Below, piece after piece: positions 1-12,312 of a stretch of DNA of 32,000 bases. Made by a program: the position numbers and the translations under genes. Under the pieces are notes generated by a model. The model saw only the letters and a list, made by a program, of their open reading frames with translations. It made no database searches and had not been told where the DNA came from. The DNA is from Mycoplasma mycoides subsp. capri (lineage in GTDB: Bacteria; Bacillota_I; Bacilli_A; Mycoplasmatales; Mycoplasmataceae). The stretch spans positions 570,001 through 602,000 of the forward strand of contig NZ_CP065581.1 in assembly GCF_018389705.1 (NCBI RefSeq), written 5' to 3'. The first letter of the stretch is position 1. Every line of letters starts with the position of its first letter.

Positions 1-514
1 TAGTAAAACTAATTGCTATAATCGGATTTATTTTAGAATTACAAAACCCACATTTAGATAAATCGATTTGATTTCCAATTATTTTTAAAAAATAAAACAT
101 AAATAAAACACAAACCTTTAATCCTAAATCAGGTTTATTATTAATAATTGAAATACTTAATTTTAATGTTTTATACAAGTTATAATTTTTAATTTGTTCA
201 TCTAAACTTAATACTAATGAAGTAATAATATTTGCATATAAATACAAATTAAAATCAGTTGAAATATGATTAAAACTATTAATCAATTCTGATCTTTTTA
301 ATTTAGATAAATTAAATTTATTTTTTGATTTAAAAATCTCAAAATTTGAATATGATAAGTAGTTAATACCATATTTATTTTTACTTTTTATTTTATTAAC
401 ACCTAAACAAACTAGACTAATTTTTCCATACAAATTAGAATAAATTGTAATAATTTTATCATAATCTTGAAAATCAAAACTATTTAAAACTATTCCCTTT
501 AAGGTTTTTTCCAT
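1..514 (-). CDS. recO: DNA repair protein RecO (partial; C-terminus runs off the window)
   Basis: Minus frame from ATG at 514: MEKTLKGIVLNSFDFQDYDKIITIYSNLYGKISLVCLGVNK..., ending with a zinc-type motif ...DLSKCGFCNSKINPIIAI. Overlaps the era stop, the usual era-recO order. Confidence 0.85.
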   Translation of the reverse strand, partial: MEKTLKGIVLNSFDFQDYDKIITIYSNLYGKISLVCLGVNKIKSKNKYGINYLSYSNFEIFKSKNKFNLSKLKRSELINSFNHISTDFNLYLYANIITSLVLSLDEQIKNYNLYKTLKLSISIINNKPDLGLKVCVLFMFYFLKIIGNQIDLSKCGFCNSKINPIIAISFT

Positions 515-1419
515 TAATATTGATCCTTGTTATAACCCATTTTTTTAATTAAACTAGGTGAGTTTCTTCAATTTTCTTGAACTTTTACAAATAGTTCTAA
601 ATTAATATGCTTTTTAAATAATGCTTGAATTTGTTTTTTAGATTTATATCTAATATCTGAAATTTTTACTCCATTTTTACCAATTATTATTGATTTTTGA
701 GATTGTCTTTCAACTATAATTGCACAACTAATATTAATTTCATTTTCATTTTGTTCTAAATGCTCAACTAAAACTGCAACACTATGAGGTACTTCTTGAC
801 CAGTTTTTAATAAAATATTTTCTCTAATAATTTCTTTTATCATAAAACGATCTGATTGATCAGTTAAAATATCATCATCATAAAATTGATAATCATTATC
901 TGATAAATTACTTACAATTAATTCTAATAATTTTTCAATATTTAAATTAGTAATTGAGCTTGTAATAATAATTTCATCAAATTGATCTTGATAATTACTT
1001 CATTCATTTGCTTTTAAAATCAATTGTTCTTTTGTAACATTATCAGCTTTAGTTATTACTAAAATTTTAAAAACATCCAAGTTTTTAATTTGTTTTAATA
1101 AAAATAAATCATTTTTTCCAATAGCTTCATCACTTGGAGCTAAAAACAAAATTACATCAACATCTTTTGTAGATTTTAAAGCACTTGTATTTAAAAATTT
1201 ATCTAATTGTTTTTTTGAAGTATGCACTCCTGGAGTATCAATAAAAACAATTTGATATTGATCTTTTTTAGTTAAAATTCCTCTAATATTATTTCTTGTA
1301 GTTTGTGGTTTGTTTGTCACTATTGAAATTTTTTCTCCAATAAGTTTGTTTAATAAAGTTGATTTTCCAACATTTGGTCTTCCAATAATACTTACAAATC
1401 CAGATTTAAAATTACTCAT
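514..1419 (-). CDS. era: GTPase Era, 301 aa (code 4)
   Basis: G1 motif GRPNVGKST, IVTNKPQTTR, DTPGVH, TKAD; C-terminal KH-like IIIGKNGVKISDIRYKSKKQI. Fragments 1000..1419 and 568..843 join in frame through TGA=Trp. Confidence 0.95.
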
Positions 1420-1422
1420 TTT

Positions 1423-1917
1423 TTAATTACTTTCTAAATAATCATCTTCATTAAATTTAATTATATATTCTAAGTTATTTAGCTTTAAGATTTGATCTTG
1501 TAAGTCAAACATAATTTTTTCATCATTTAAATCTTCATGATCATAACCTAATAAGTGTAAAAACCCATGAACAAATAAAAAACCCATTTCTGAATTTAAA
1601 TCGTGATTATATTTAATTGCTTTTCTTTTAGCTTCACTTAAATTAATAAACATATCACCTAATTCTCTAAAACCAATTGCTTTAATTTCATTTTCAGTCA
1701 TTTCTACTGGAAAAGAAGTTACATCAGCAATATAAGAATGATTGCGATATTGTTGATTAATTTGTTGAGCTTTTAAATCATTTACAAATGTAATGCTTAA
1801 CTCAATATCATAGTTAAAATTAAAATAATTATAAGCAGTTTTTAAAATTTTATTACAAAACTTTTTTCAAAAGTCCATATTAATATTAGTTTCATTAAAA
1901 TAGTTGATTCTTATCAT
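1423..1917 (-). CDS. ybeY: Endoribonuclease YbeY / rRNA maturation factor, 164 aa
   Basis: Zinc motif HGFLHLLGYDH; N-terminus MIRINYFNETNINMDFWKKF... recovered by reading TGA as Trp. Confidence 0.93.
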
Positions 1918-1921
1918 TTTT

Positions 1922-3769
1922 TTAATCCTTACTAATTAAATTATACTTGATATCATTACTTGTTATTATTAATGAACTATTTGAATAACTTGTAAATAAT
2001 TTTAAAACTAAACTTATATCAGTTTTATTAATAATTTCAAAGTTATCATTAAATAATAAATAGCGATGATCTAAATAAAAAATTCTTAATAGTTTAATAA
2101 ATTCAGTTTCTAGTTTTGTTATAGTTTCTAAATTAATAATTTTTGTCAAATTAATTTGGTACTTATTTATAAGATCTTTAATGATTTTATGAGTAAAAAT
2201 ATTTAAATCTGATTGATTAACAATAATGTTTTGTAAAACAGTTGAATATTTAATTTCAAGATTATCTAAATAAATAAAATGTTTATTTAAACTAAATGTT
2301 GAAATATCTTTAAGATTTATTTTATTAATTAAAATTAAAATATGATCTTTAGAATTTTTAGTTTTTATAAAAGTTTTTAAATCATATTCATTTGATAAGT
2401 AATTAATTTTTTGATCTAAATTAATATTTAAATTAGTTAAAAGATTTCTAATTTGAATATTATTAATTTGTTCTAGTTCTATATAGTTATTTGCTAATTT
2501 AAAATTATTAAATTTAATTAAAAGTTGTTTGTATTTATTAAAGTTTTGTAAAAAATAAACTAGTTTTTTTAAATCATTTGTATGAATTGCTTTAAATAAA
2601 ACAATAATTAATAAAATACTAAATTCAATATAATTAAACTTTAATAAATCTCAACTTATATAATAAATCACTAATAAACTAATCTTTTCAAAAAAGTTAA
2701 ATAAAATATGTAAATAATCAGTTTGATTTTTATTTAAATCTTTATTAATTAGTTCTAAACTAGTTTTTTTATCAATTAATTTTGTTTTATTTAATAAATG
2801 TGTAATTAAATTGAGATTTTGATTATTAGTTTTATTTTGATTTGTAAAAAAGTTATAAATAAAACTAATAACTAATCAAAAAAGATCAAAAACAAATAAA
2901 ACTAAAAAAATAGTTTTGTTAATATAAAAAATTACAAATAAAATAACTAAACTATTAATTAGTGCACTAATTGTATTTAATAAAACATAAGTTTGATAAC
3001 TACTTATAAACTCAATTTCGCTATAAGTATTTATAATATCTAGTTTGATATTTTTTTCAACTAAATAATAATAAAAAGTTTCTAGTTTTTTACTTTTGTT
3101 TTTTTGATAATACTTATTTAATAAAAACTTAGAAATTTCATTTAAAAAAATATTAATTATAAAAATTGCTAAAAAATATAAATACAAAAAATAAGAATTA
3201 TTTAAATTTGTTATAGATAATGAATAAACATATAAAAACCGCATTTCTAAAATAGTTAATAAAATACTAAAAATATTTAAAATAATATAAAACAAATAAG
3301 CTAAATAAAAACTATCAAACAAAGTAAATAAATTATTATAATTAGCTTTAAATTTTTTATAATTAGAATTAAAAATTAATATATAACCTGTAAAGATTTG
3401 ATAAAAATCTTTATAAGTGAATTTTTGTTTTTTTGTTTTTAAAGGGTCATAAATTATTAAATGATTATTTTGTTTTTCAACTACAACAAAATGTAATAAA
3501 CCAGTTTGATTAATAACTTGAGCTAAATAAACTTTTTTATTTATTTGTTCTAAGTCATTTTCGATTTGTAAAGCTTTACAAGTTAAAAAATATTTTGAGC
3601 AAATATTTGAAATATCATAAAAACTTAACATTTCTTCAACATAATTGATTTCTAGTTTTAATCTATCTAAATCATAGTTTTGATTATAATAATAATTAAT
3701 TATCATAGCTAAGCAAGCTATAGAACAATCATTATATTGTGCTTGTTTAATCAGTTTAATAAAAATCAC
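1922..3769 (-). CDS. C39-peptidase/ABC exporter-like protein with degenerate nucleotide-binding domain, about 615 aa
   Basis: N-terminal C39-like IKQAQYNDCSIACLAMIINYYY and LLHFVVVEKQNNHLIIYDP; several hydrophobic segments; C-terminal region aligns with an ABC NBD but lacks consensus motifs. One frame across two TGA=Trp codons. Start GTG at 3769, or possibly a nearby ATT. Confidence 0.8.
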
Positions 3770-3798
3770 CTCTCATATATGTATTAGAGGTGATTTTT
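3761..3798. terminator. 13-bp-stem hairpin between the DJ-1 gene and the C39/ABC gene
   Basis: aaaaatcacctct (3761-3773) pairs with agaggtgattttt (3786-3798); loop catatatgtatt. Confidence 0.7.
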
Positions 3799-3803
3799 TA
3801 AAA

Positions 3804-4355
3804 TTAACCAAAAATTACTAAATTTTTATAAATTTCTTCTTTTTTTTCTTTTCCTAGTAGATATTCAACAATTGCTAAACTAAATAACATACTACTTCCA
3901 GCACTAGATCCAGTTATAAAATTATTATCAACAACAAATGGTTTATCTAAAACTACATTAGCTTTATCTAAATAAAAATTACAATTTGGATAATGAGTAA
4001 TTGTTTTATTATCTAATAGTTTAGTTTGTCCAATTACTTGAGGAGCTGCACAAATTGAAGCAATTAATTTATTTTGTTTATTAAATTCTAAAATATTATC
4101 AATTAAAGTTTGATTATCAAATAAACTAGTAACTCCACTTCCACCAGGTAAAACCATACCATCATAATAATTAATATTTAACTCTTTTCATAATTTATTT
4201 GCTTTAATTACGATATTATGAGCACCTTTTACTTCTAGTGAATCAATTGTTGAAACCATATCAACTAAAATACCAGCTCTTTTTAAAACATCACAAGCTG
4301 TAACTGCTTCTATTTCTTCAAAACCAGGATTTAAGTACAATGCGATTTTTTTCAT
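3804..4355 (-). CDS. DJ-1/PfpI (ThiJ-like) family protein, 183 aa
   Basis: MKKIALYLNPGFEEIEAVTACDVLKRAG...DGMVLPGG...SICAAP nucleophile elbow; ribosome-binding site aggag upstream. Confidence 0.9.
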
Positions 4356-4383
4356 ATTTCTCCTTTATTTAATTATACAAAAA

Positions 4384-4404
4384 AGAGTCTTTTGTCAAGA
4401 CTCT
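4384..4404 (-). terminator. Rho-independent terminator of the FtsX-like gene
   Basis: Minus strand AGAGTCTT-GACAA-AAGACTCT followed by TTTTTTG. The stop codon (4403-4405) lies in the stem. Confidence 0.85.
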
Positions 4405-7400
4405 ATTCGTTTGAAACTGTTAGTAAACTAGCAGGTTTTTGTGTTCTAATTTTATTTGATGAAACAATTAATGAACCAATAAATGAAATACCAATAATTA
4501 AAAAGCTTACTATTAAAGTTCAAAAAGCAAATCCATAAGGTATTGCAAAACCTAAACTTGTAATAATTTGAATAATTAATGTGATTAAAATTCAAGTAGC
4601 TAAAGTTGAAATTGCTCACATAACTAAACTAAACACAATTGCAGTTCCAAAAGCATATTTACTAATTTTATAATTTGAATATCCTAAAGCTTTCATTAAA
4701 ATCATAAACTGTTGATACTGAGTTACATAAATATCTGAAATTAACATTACTAGTAAAGCTGAAGTAATAATTACTGTAATTATTAATAACATTCCAATAG
4801 AAATAGCTATAAAAGTAATTTGATTAATTAAAGTTTTTGATGTAGCTAATAAGTTTTGATTTTTAATATTACTGATCATATCATCATCACCAGAAGCAGA
4901 TGAAGCTCCATGACCATTTAAAATATAAAATCCATTATATGCAGTATCTGGAATAAAACTAATTCCACTAGTTAAATCTAATGCTTCTTCAATATTTGAA
5001 TATTTAGCATTATGTCATAAAAACTGAGCTTTATCAAAAGCTTTATTTGAACTAAATAACAAGTCATTAAATTCTTTAGTGTTTTTAGTTTTATCTATAT
5101 AATTTATGATTTGATTATAATCATATCTATCAAATCTTGAAATTATATTATTATAACTTTCACCAGCTTTAATTACAGTTTGTTTATTATAAAAATTATC
5201 TTTAATTCCAATTTTTTTACCAATTGAAAGATTTAATACTAAATTAATTAACCCTTGATCAGCTAAAATTAATTTCTGATTATATGAATCTAGTGTACCA
5301 ACTGGTTTTATAGTAATTTTTAAATCTTTATTTTGATAATTGGTTTTTGCATCTTTTTGAATAATTGGTGTAGTTATTCCTGATATATTTTTAGTTTTTG
5401 TTGCTTGATACATTCAATATTCAGGTTTAGCTGTTAAATTACTTAAACCAGATTTATAAACATTATCAACTAATAAACTATATCTTAAATCATATGGTCT
5501 AATCATTAAAAACTTTTCACTAGTATTTTTAATATCTCAAGCTTTAATTACTGATTTTGGAACATTATTATAATCAATATCTTTTTTATATCAGTGTTCA
5601 AAAGAATTTTCTAATTCTTTATTTGTTTTTTTAGAACTAATAAAATGAATTATATGATCAGGATTTATTAAACTTTGAGGAATATATAATTGAATGTTTT
5701 TATATTGATAATAAGGTCTAATATATGAACTTAATAAATCATCAAATTGATTATTATAAATAAAATCATCAAACATATAACTATTATTTAATAAACTTCA
5801 CTCTTTATTATCATAAGATGAATCATTATCAAATTTATCATTATCATATAATAGTTTTAAAGTGAATTTATTATTATCTAAATTATATGGATCTAATCAT
5901 CTTATATCTTGATCACTAACTGCTTTACTATTTCTACCAGTTCTATTTTTACTAATTAGATTTTTTTGTTCAGAAGTTAATGAATTATAATATTTTGATT
6001 TAATAAAGTTTAAATCATCATAAATTCAAGCATGTTTTGGAATATTTACATATCCGTTTTTAGTATTTATAAAAAACTGTTTAGATGAAGTTGAAATATT
6101 AGAAATATCAGGATTTTTATTTAATTTATAAAAAGCGTTTGCTTGTTTATTTGGTAAAACAGGGACATTAATTGTATTTGTTTTACTATCATATAAAACA
6201 AATTGATCATTTAATTTAATATCAGTATTTTTCTTTTCTAAAAATACTTCTTGTAAAGCTAATAGTTTTTTATAATCAATAAATAAATTGTTAGCATTTT
6301 TTTGATTAATGATAAAAGCTGATTGGTTATTTGCAATACCAGTTAAACTTAGATCAGTCTTTTTTTGATTAATTGCTGTTTTAATATCAGCAATTGTAGT
6401 TAAAGTTTCATGATCTGGAATATAGTGTTGAACATTATAACCAATTGAAAATTGTTCTTTTCTTGATGGTTTTTGAATATAAGCACTAACATAAGGTGGC
6501 ACTGCTTTTAAAATAGCATCAAAGATTTTTGTTTTTCAATCATCACTACTACTTGTTGATAAATCACCTACTAAAATTGAAATTGCTGTAGTTCCAGTTT
6601 TTGTAAAGTTATTAGTTAATTCTTTAAAAATTAAATCTTTTTGTTCATCAGTTCATTTAGTAGTTGTATCTTTTGGATTAACAACATTATTTTTTGAATT
6701 TAAAATCAAACCTAATATTTGATCAATAACTCCAATTGAAAATTGATTACCAACAACATTATATAAATTATTACCAAACATTTCAGTAAATAATAGATCT
6801 AATCCATTAGTATGATTTGCACTAGTTTGGTCTTTATTTTGTATTAGTTCTAATAAGGTTCAAGCTATTTTTTTATTAATTTGTTCATTATTATTATTAT
6901 TAAATTTTTCAACTTTGTATAAATATTTTGGAAATGGATTGACATCATAAGAACTAGATGCATAAGCAGTTGGATCTTTATAATAAAATAATTCTTCATT
7001 ATTCAAATTAGTTGATAGTATATTTTTATCTAAACTATCTTGACCAGATCAATAATTAATTGTTGGTTTTGTTAAAGGAGAATTTGAAACACCTTTTGAA
7101 TAATTATATTCATTTGCATATTTAATACTTTTATAATAAGTATTTTTAATAGTAAAAGCAATTGATGGAATTGCTAAACCTGCTGAAATAAACATAGTTG
7201 AAATTCCAACAACAGTTACTAATAAAAAGATATTTTTTTTACCAGAAGAAGCTAAAGTTAAACTAAATTTAGTAGTAAACTTAGCTTTTTTAAATCAAGT
7301 TCTTTTTAATCTATTAATAAATTTAGAACTAGATCAATTTTGCTTTACAGCTAAAATATCAGCTAATTGTTTTTTAGTAATAATAATTGCACTTAATAAT

Positions 7401-9664
7401 GAGACAATAACACCAAATAATCCAAAAATTAATAAACTAATTAATAACGAAAATGGTTCAATAGTAAATGAGTATAAAGGAATACTAAAATAATTTACAA
7501 ACAATTTAACAAATACTGATTGAGTAGATAAACCAATTATTCAACCTAGTGGAACTGAAGTTAAAATAATCACTATCACATAAGCTAAATAACTAATTGA
7601 AATTTGAATAGGTGAACTTCCTAATGCTTTTAAAATTCCAATTTGTTTAGCATTAAAATAAATTGTTTTTCTAATACAAATTACTAAAGCAATAATTGCA
7701 ATTAAAGAAACAACTAAAGCTGCTATTAAAGTAGCTCCTTTATAACTATTAATAGCAAGTGGAGCTATTGTTCAGTTAAATCTAAAAATAGAATGATCAA
7801 AATCTTTAATATTTAATCAAGTTGTAACTTTATTTTTTTGATCTTTTTGATATTTAATAGAATCATATAATTTAGAAATATCATTCATTTGATAAGAATT
7901 AAACAAATCAATTGAAGCATTATTTTGTTTTTTTCTTAAAAAAAATGATAAATATCCTTTTGATACTCTATTAGTATTTGATTGAGAAGTTGCTCCTAAA
8001 ATATCATTAATAGTACTTCTAGTTACATATAAAATAGCACCTAGTTCAGATTGAGGAATTGGAAAATCTGGATCTGTTGTTTGGAAAAATGAATAAGTAT
8101 CAGTAGCAAAACCAGTAATTGTTAATAATGCTCCATCAACTATTATTTGTTGACCTAATTTTAACTTGTGAGCTCTTGCAAATTGTTCTGAAATTAAAGC
8201 CTCACCTTTACTTGGTGATCTTGCACCTTGATTTTTATTTAAAATAGTTAGATTTGTTGTGTGATCATCATTTAAGATAACTAAACGATATCTAATTTGA
8301 GTAACACTATCATAATTAAAAACTTCAGTTCTAAAATTAATATCATACCCACTAGCTATAGCAGTATATTTTAAATGTGCTAATCAAATATTGTGAAATA
8401 AATTAATATTATCAAATGGATTTTCACCAATTATTTGATCTTTTTTAATAAAGTTAGTATCTGATAAAACAGTAACAACATTAGTTAAAGAAGTACCATT
8501 ACCATTAAAAAATAATAATTTAAAAAATGAACTATCATTAATTATTGGACTAATTGATTGCACTTTATTATTTGAATCAATTGTTGATAAAACTAAATCA
8601 GTATTACCTTTAAACCCTTTTTCTAAAACTAGTTTTTTAATATCATCTTTAGAGTCTGCTTTTATTAAAACACTATTATCATTTTTATTAATAGTTGTTT
8701 TATTTAGTTCAAATTCAATTAGATAAGATTTATTAGTTTGAGAAATTATTCAATTTTTAGTTTTATTTTCATCAATATTATCAATTTTATTTCCTGTTAA
8801 AAAAACATAAAAATGATTACCTAATTTATTATTATTTTCAATTTTAAAATTACTAAAATAAGGTAAATAAATGTTTCTATAAATATGTTGAAATAAAGAC
8901 ATTCCACTTATATAAATATATGAAAATAGTTCTTTATTTTGAATTTGTTTATTAAAAGTATTTTTAAACTCTTTAACATTAAAATTATTTTTAATATTTT
9001 CAAATTTTAAATTTTCTAATACTTTAGCATCATTTAAAAACTCGTTTTTATCTTTAAAACTATTAGATAAATATTTTCCAATTACAGTATTTTTTAAATA
9101 AGAATAATCTTTATCATTTTTTAAAAATTGATCATAAGAGTGATAAACAAACTTATTAAAATGTAAAGAAAGTTGTCATAATCAAATATTTTCTCAAATT
9201 CAATTAGTATCTTTACCATTGATTGTTGTAAAAAGTTCAATAAATTCTTTATTTTCAAATAATTCAGTTAATATAGTTTTATTATCAAAATTACTAGTTA
9301 GATTTTTTTTATTTAATATAAAGTTTAAATATGAAGTATTTTTATTATTAGAGCTTTGATTATAATAAGAATTTGAATTATTAACTAAATCTAATAAAGC
9401 AATAACTGATCTATCTGTTGTTGAATTATTTCTATCAATTCTATAAGTTCTGATTTCATTAGTACTACTATAATCAAATTTATTAACATTATTAACTATG
9501 TTATTATAAGTTTTATTAATTCTTGAAGTTAATGTTAAAGAAGTACTTAAAATAAATGACGCTAAAAAAGATAATAAAAGAATGATAATAAATTGGATTT
9601 TAAATTTAAAAACACCTTTTAGACCTTGTTTTAATAACAATAAAAAGCTAGTTATTCTTTTCAT
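4403..9664 (-). CDS. Very large FtsX-like ABC-type permease, about 1753 aa
   Basis: N-terminal MKRITSFLLLLKQGLKGVFKFKIQFIIILLLSFLASFIL; C-terminal FtsX-like VIITSALLVMLISDIYVTQYQQFMILMKALGYSNYKISKYAFG. Start (9664) and stop (4403) are in one frame, with many internal TGA=Trp. ggagaaag RBS before MKR. Confidence 0.85.
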
Positions 9665-9813
9665 TATCTTTCTCCATAAAAGCAAATCATTTGTCTTTTT
9701 AATACTATCATTTTTTTATCTAATCTACACTTTTAAAGGGTTTTTTAAAATAAATCAATATAGGTGTATGTTAATATTTAATTGATAAAATTTAATATTT
9801 ACAAGGAGAATAG

Positions 9814-12273
9814 ATGAAAAAAATATTAATAGGTTTAAGTACATTTTCTTTATTAGTTAGTTCATCTAGTATAGTTTCTTGTACAATAACTTACCAATTT
9901 AAAAATAACTATTTAGATCAATTAAAAATGATCTTAAACACTTCATCAATAGCTGCTCAATCAATTATTTTAAGTGATAAAAATACTACAAATATTAGTA
10001 CTGATTATTCATTAAAAACTTTTAGTCAAACTAAAATTAGTGATTTGTATAAAAATGAAGAAAAAAAATTAGCTAATAAATATGTAATTGATAAAAAAGC
10101 TACTTATGAATATCAATTTAAATCAATGTTTTTATCACTTGAAAATCAAAAATGAACTGAAACATTAAAAAAAATAACTACTATTGATAAAAATAATCAA
10201 ACTACTAATTTAGATTTAGCTTGAAATGATCAAAATACAAAAACAACTGATAATAATATTTTTAAAACTCTAAGTTTAGCTTCAGCTGGGTTTAATTTTT
10301 TATTTTCTGGTGATTTTACACCAAACCAACAAGGTGATTTAATTAATAATTTTTTATCTAATCAATTTGGTTTATTAGAATCAACTGTTTTTAAAGATAA
10401 TCAATTTACTAATTTAATAGATCAACTTAATAATATTGATAATAATCAATTTTATAATCTTACTAATAGTTTATTTACTCAACCAGAGTGACTTAATAAA
10501 AATAATAATGAATTTTTAAAACAAACATTAAAAGAAATTTTAGAATCTTCATCAAAAAAACTATGAGATCAAATACTACCAAAAGCTGAAAAACAAGATT
10601 TTAAAATAGATTGATCAAAAGTATTTAAACCTTTAATTGATTTATTAAAGGCTTTTAGTATTTATTATGAACAAATAGAACAAAGATCAGATAAAAATTT
10701 AACTTATCAAACTATGGATCCTTTACATTTATTTAGTAAAGAAAAAACAAATAGTGAGTTTTTATATGAAGTTTTAAATACTAATTTACAAACTATTTAT
10801 AAAAATAAAAGTGAAGATCAAATTAAACAAGAAATTAATTCAATTAATTTAAAAAAATTAATTAGCTTTTTAAAAAACACTTTAGTTTTTGATAATAATG
10901 ATAAACACGGTTATAAATTTCAAAAATTTGTTGTTATGTTATTGAGTAGTGCTAGTCAAAAAGAATCACAAAATGATATTACTAATAATTTTTTACTAAA
11001 ACCCTTTTATAATTGATATGAACAAAACCAAGAACTTGTTAAAAAAATTATTACAAATAAATTAGAAAAGATAGAAAGCATAAAACCTTATGCAAGTTTT
11101 GTTTCTAATATAACTCCTATTTTATTTAAAGTGATTAAAGCTTTTCATCAAGATTTAATTGAACAAGGTTTAAATAAAAAACTAAGTTCAGAATTAAGTA
11201 GTTATTTAAGTTTAGCAAAAACACTTTTACCAGCTCTTAAAGTAGATAAAAAAGTGATTGATTTTTTAGATTCAAAAAGTTTAAAGGACTTTTTAAATAA
11301 TCCGTTTTTAGCTTTATATAAACAGAATTTTTTAAAAGAAGTTTTTGAATTAATTAATCAATTATCAAATAAAGAAATTATTAATAATCAAATTATTGAT
11401 AATATTTCAAATGTTTATAATTTAACTACTTTAAAATTAGATAAACTACTTAACTACTTATTAGAATTAATTAAAAAACCATCACCAAGTAAAACTAGTT
11501 TAGATGAATTTCAATTTTTATATGGTTTAAAAGATCTATCAATCAGTCAAATTATTAACAATTTATCAACTTTTTATAATAAAGAAAACCTAAATTATAT
11601 TTTTAATTTAAATAATTTTAAAAACTTATCAGAAGCAATTTTTAATAAAAATATAACTATGAGTTTTAAATATAAAAATCAAGAACAAGAATTAAAAACT
11701 CAAAATAGTTTATCAACTATTTTAACAATATTAGGTTTAAATTCAAATTATACAAAAGATCTAAAAATTGAAATCAAAGATGATACAAATAAAATTTCTG
11801 AAAAAATAAAACAACTAATTGAGCAAAAACAATATGGATTAATTTCAGTTATTCTATTAGGATTTGATGCTGATAAAAAACAATTTTATAAAGATTCTAT
11901 TTTAGATAATATAGCTAATTTATTTGGTCATAATGATAAAGATATAAATAAAGAAGCTTCTAAAAATGCTATAAACATTTTAATAAAATCTTATTTAGAA
12001 TTAATTAATTGATTTCAAAATGTCTCTTTAAAAAAATATGCCAAAGATAATTTTTCTACTTATTTAGATCAAAACAACTGATCAACTGAACTTATAGATA
12101 AAAAGGGTAATATAGAAAATCTAAGCGAACCATTAATAATAAATTATATGTTAAAATATAAAAACCCAAAAGATGATAATCAAAATTGAAAATTTAAAGT
12201 TTCAATAACAAGAACTTCAGATTTTGAACAACCTTGAAAAATAAGTGAAATAACTAAATTGACTAATAATTAA
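9814..12273 (+). CDS. Large helical lipoprotein, 819 aa (possibly the mollicute MOLPALP-type lipoprotein group)
   Basis: Signal peptide and lipobox MKKILIGLSTFSLLVSSSSIVSC; aaggag RBS; ORF-track pieces at 9814, 10714 and 11131 share one frame ending at TAA 12271-12273. Confidence 0.85.
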
Positions 12274-12312
12274 AATTTTGTTAAGTTGTAAAGTATAAGT
12301 TTAGGAGATGTT

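Noticed and set aside
4403-9664. Appearance of a heavily fragmented pseudogene in the ORF track
   Set aside because: All breaks checked are TGA codons, which encode Trp in this lineage; start and stop are in the same frame, so the gene is intact under code 4.
9582-9785. Plus-strand 67-aa ORF
   Set aside because: Antisense to the 5' end of the FtsX-like permease gene, no RBS or homology; an AT-rich chance ORF.
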